DNA of 64,000 nt, taken from an uncultured Acidobacteriota bacterium (GTDB lineage: Bacteria > Acidobacteriota > Terriglobia > UBA7540). Numbering within the stretch: the first letter of the stretch is position 1; the number at the start of each line of letters is the position of its first letter. This document shows, in pieces, positions 62,805-64,000 of the stretch. The position numbers and the translations under genes were made by a program. The stretch spans positions 96,001 through 160,000 of the forward strand of contig CAWDSK010000009.1 of NCBI GenBank assembly GCA_963804995.1, in the 5' to 3' direction. A model generated the notes under the pieces. That model was given only the letters and a program-made list of their open reading frames with translations, ran no database searches and was not told where the DNA came from.

Positions 62805-63535
62805 CGGCCGCGATCTCCACGCGCAACAAGGCGCTGCCGGAGAACTTCAGCCCAAGACGCCACTGGTCTCAGGCTCACGTACCATCCGCTCCGCGCCGTC
62901 CGGGAGCCTGAAATACTTGTGCAAGAGGCGCCCGGCAGATTCCTTGACTCCCGAGGCCTAGTTGCCCTACGCAGCAGAGCCGCAACCAAACTAGAAAAGG
63001 CGCTGTTAGTTCCATAGTTTGGTGCAGGTCTGCTCAACGGGTGGTGAAGTAACCCCTCACCCGTCCCGCCTCCCGATAGAATGCATCGGGACGGCGGTCC
63101 ACCCTCTCCCCTCGGAGAGGGCGGTTTGACTTCCAACCTTCTCCCAGGGGAGAAGGTGCTGAGGTACGAAGCGGATGAGGGGTTCCTTGGATCGAAGTCG
63201 CGACTTTCAATGCGCCCCCCAAAATGTTTGCTAAAAAAACAAGAATTTACGGTATTGCTTTGCAGAGTCACTACCTGTCAGACTTCAAGGTTCTTAGCAT
63301 GATAAACATACACTGTATTATTAGCACAAGCCTTCAGCCCCAACCCTGTTCACTTAGTTGTTGTCGTCGAACTCAGGTCCTTGCCGATGACCTTCCCCAT
63401 TCTCGTTGACCGCCCGGCAGAATGAGCGGACAATGCCCGCAGAATCGCGTGGGAACCCAACCGTTCAGTCCCACAGTTATCCTCCGGACCCACGCCGCTC
63501 TGACGCTCAGCGCCGCAACTTGGTTCCGGGAGGGC

Positions 63536-64000
63536 ATGATGCGGACATTCGGATTCATTCTTCTGTTTACAACTCTGGGTTTGGCTCGCACGGAGTTCTG
63601 GGCCCCCGTGGCTCCGCCGCGCGCCCACTATGCCGTTGACGTGAAGTTCGTCCCCGACAATGCACGCCTGGAAGGTACGGAGACCGTTCGGTTTCGCAAT
63701 GACACGCGGAGACCCATCGGCCGGATCGCACTGCAATGGTTCGGGGAAGTCTCGCGTGTGACGGTCAACGGCGTTCCCGCGGAGCGCTCGCCGGGAAAAT
63801 ACAGTGTCGCGCTATATGACCTGCCGCGCGAGGCCAGGCCCGGCGACGCGATCGAACTCTCCATCGATTTTGGCGCCCCTTGGAAGCTCGACGCGAAGAA
63901 CGGAAGCGCCATCACCTCTTACCTGAGCCCCCACCTTTGGTGGGGCTTCGGGACGCTCGACGACTACGAAGTGTGTCTCCACGTGCCGGAGGGCTACGCG
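63536..64000 (+). CDS. secreted protein with M1 peptidase-like N-domain, runs off window
   Basis: GGAGG RBS, signal peptide, HYAVDVKF..LEGTETVRFRNDT. Confidence 0.5.
   Translation, partial: MMRTFGFILLFTTLGLARTEFWAPVAPPRAHYAVDVKFVPDNARLEGTETVRFRNDTRRPIGRIALQWFGEVSRVTVNGVPAERSPGKYSVALYDLPREARPGDAIELSIDFGAPWKLDAKNGSAITSYLSPHLWWGFGTLDDYEVCLHVPEGYA

Overview
GC-rich bacterial chromosome segment whose gene content and order suggest Acidobacteriota (Terriglobia-like); this is an inference. The housekeeping backbone includes recA, etfB-etfA-thiolase-hbd, a TonB-dependent receptor, yicC-gmk-rpoZ-coaBC-udg, an MsbA-like exporter, rapZ, recJ-lptC/A-lptB-rpoN-hpf, bfr and rtcB. Most intergenic gaps hold accessory DNA: about eight toxin-antitoxin modules or remnants, several REP/MITE families and heptamer arrays. 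Best leads: (1) a 1763-bp IS4/IS701-like element that duplicates a whole 21-bp REP hairpin and probably makes an AbrB-DDE fusion by -1 frameshifting; (2) a two-gene Nmad3-type cassette between TA modules; (3) a Cys-rich leader ORF upstream of the TonB receptor; (4) two unnamed repeated promoter/operator-like elements; (5) a recurrent CGAC>CAAC substitution hitting conserved residues, probably a long-read miscall marking a methylated motif. A 3'-truncated group II intron is also present. Several single-base frameshifts look like assembly errors. No CRISPR array, rRNA or tRNA was recognised. All calls come from reading motifs by eye; no searches were run.
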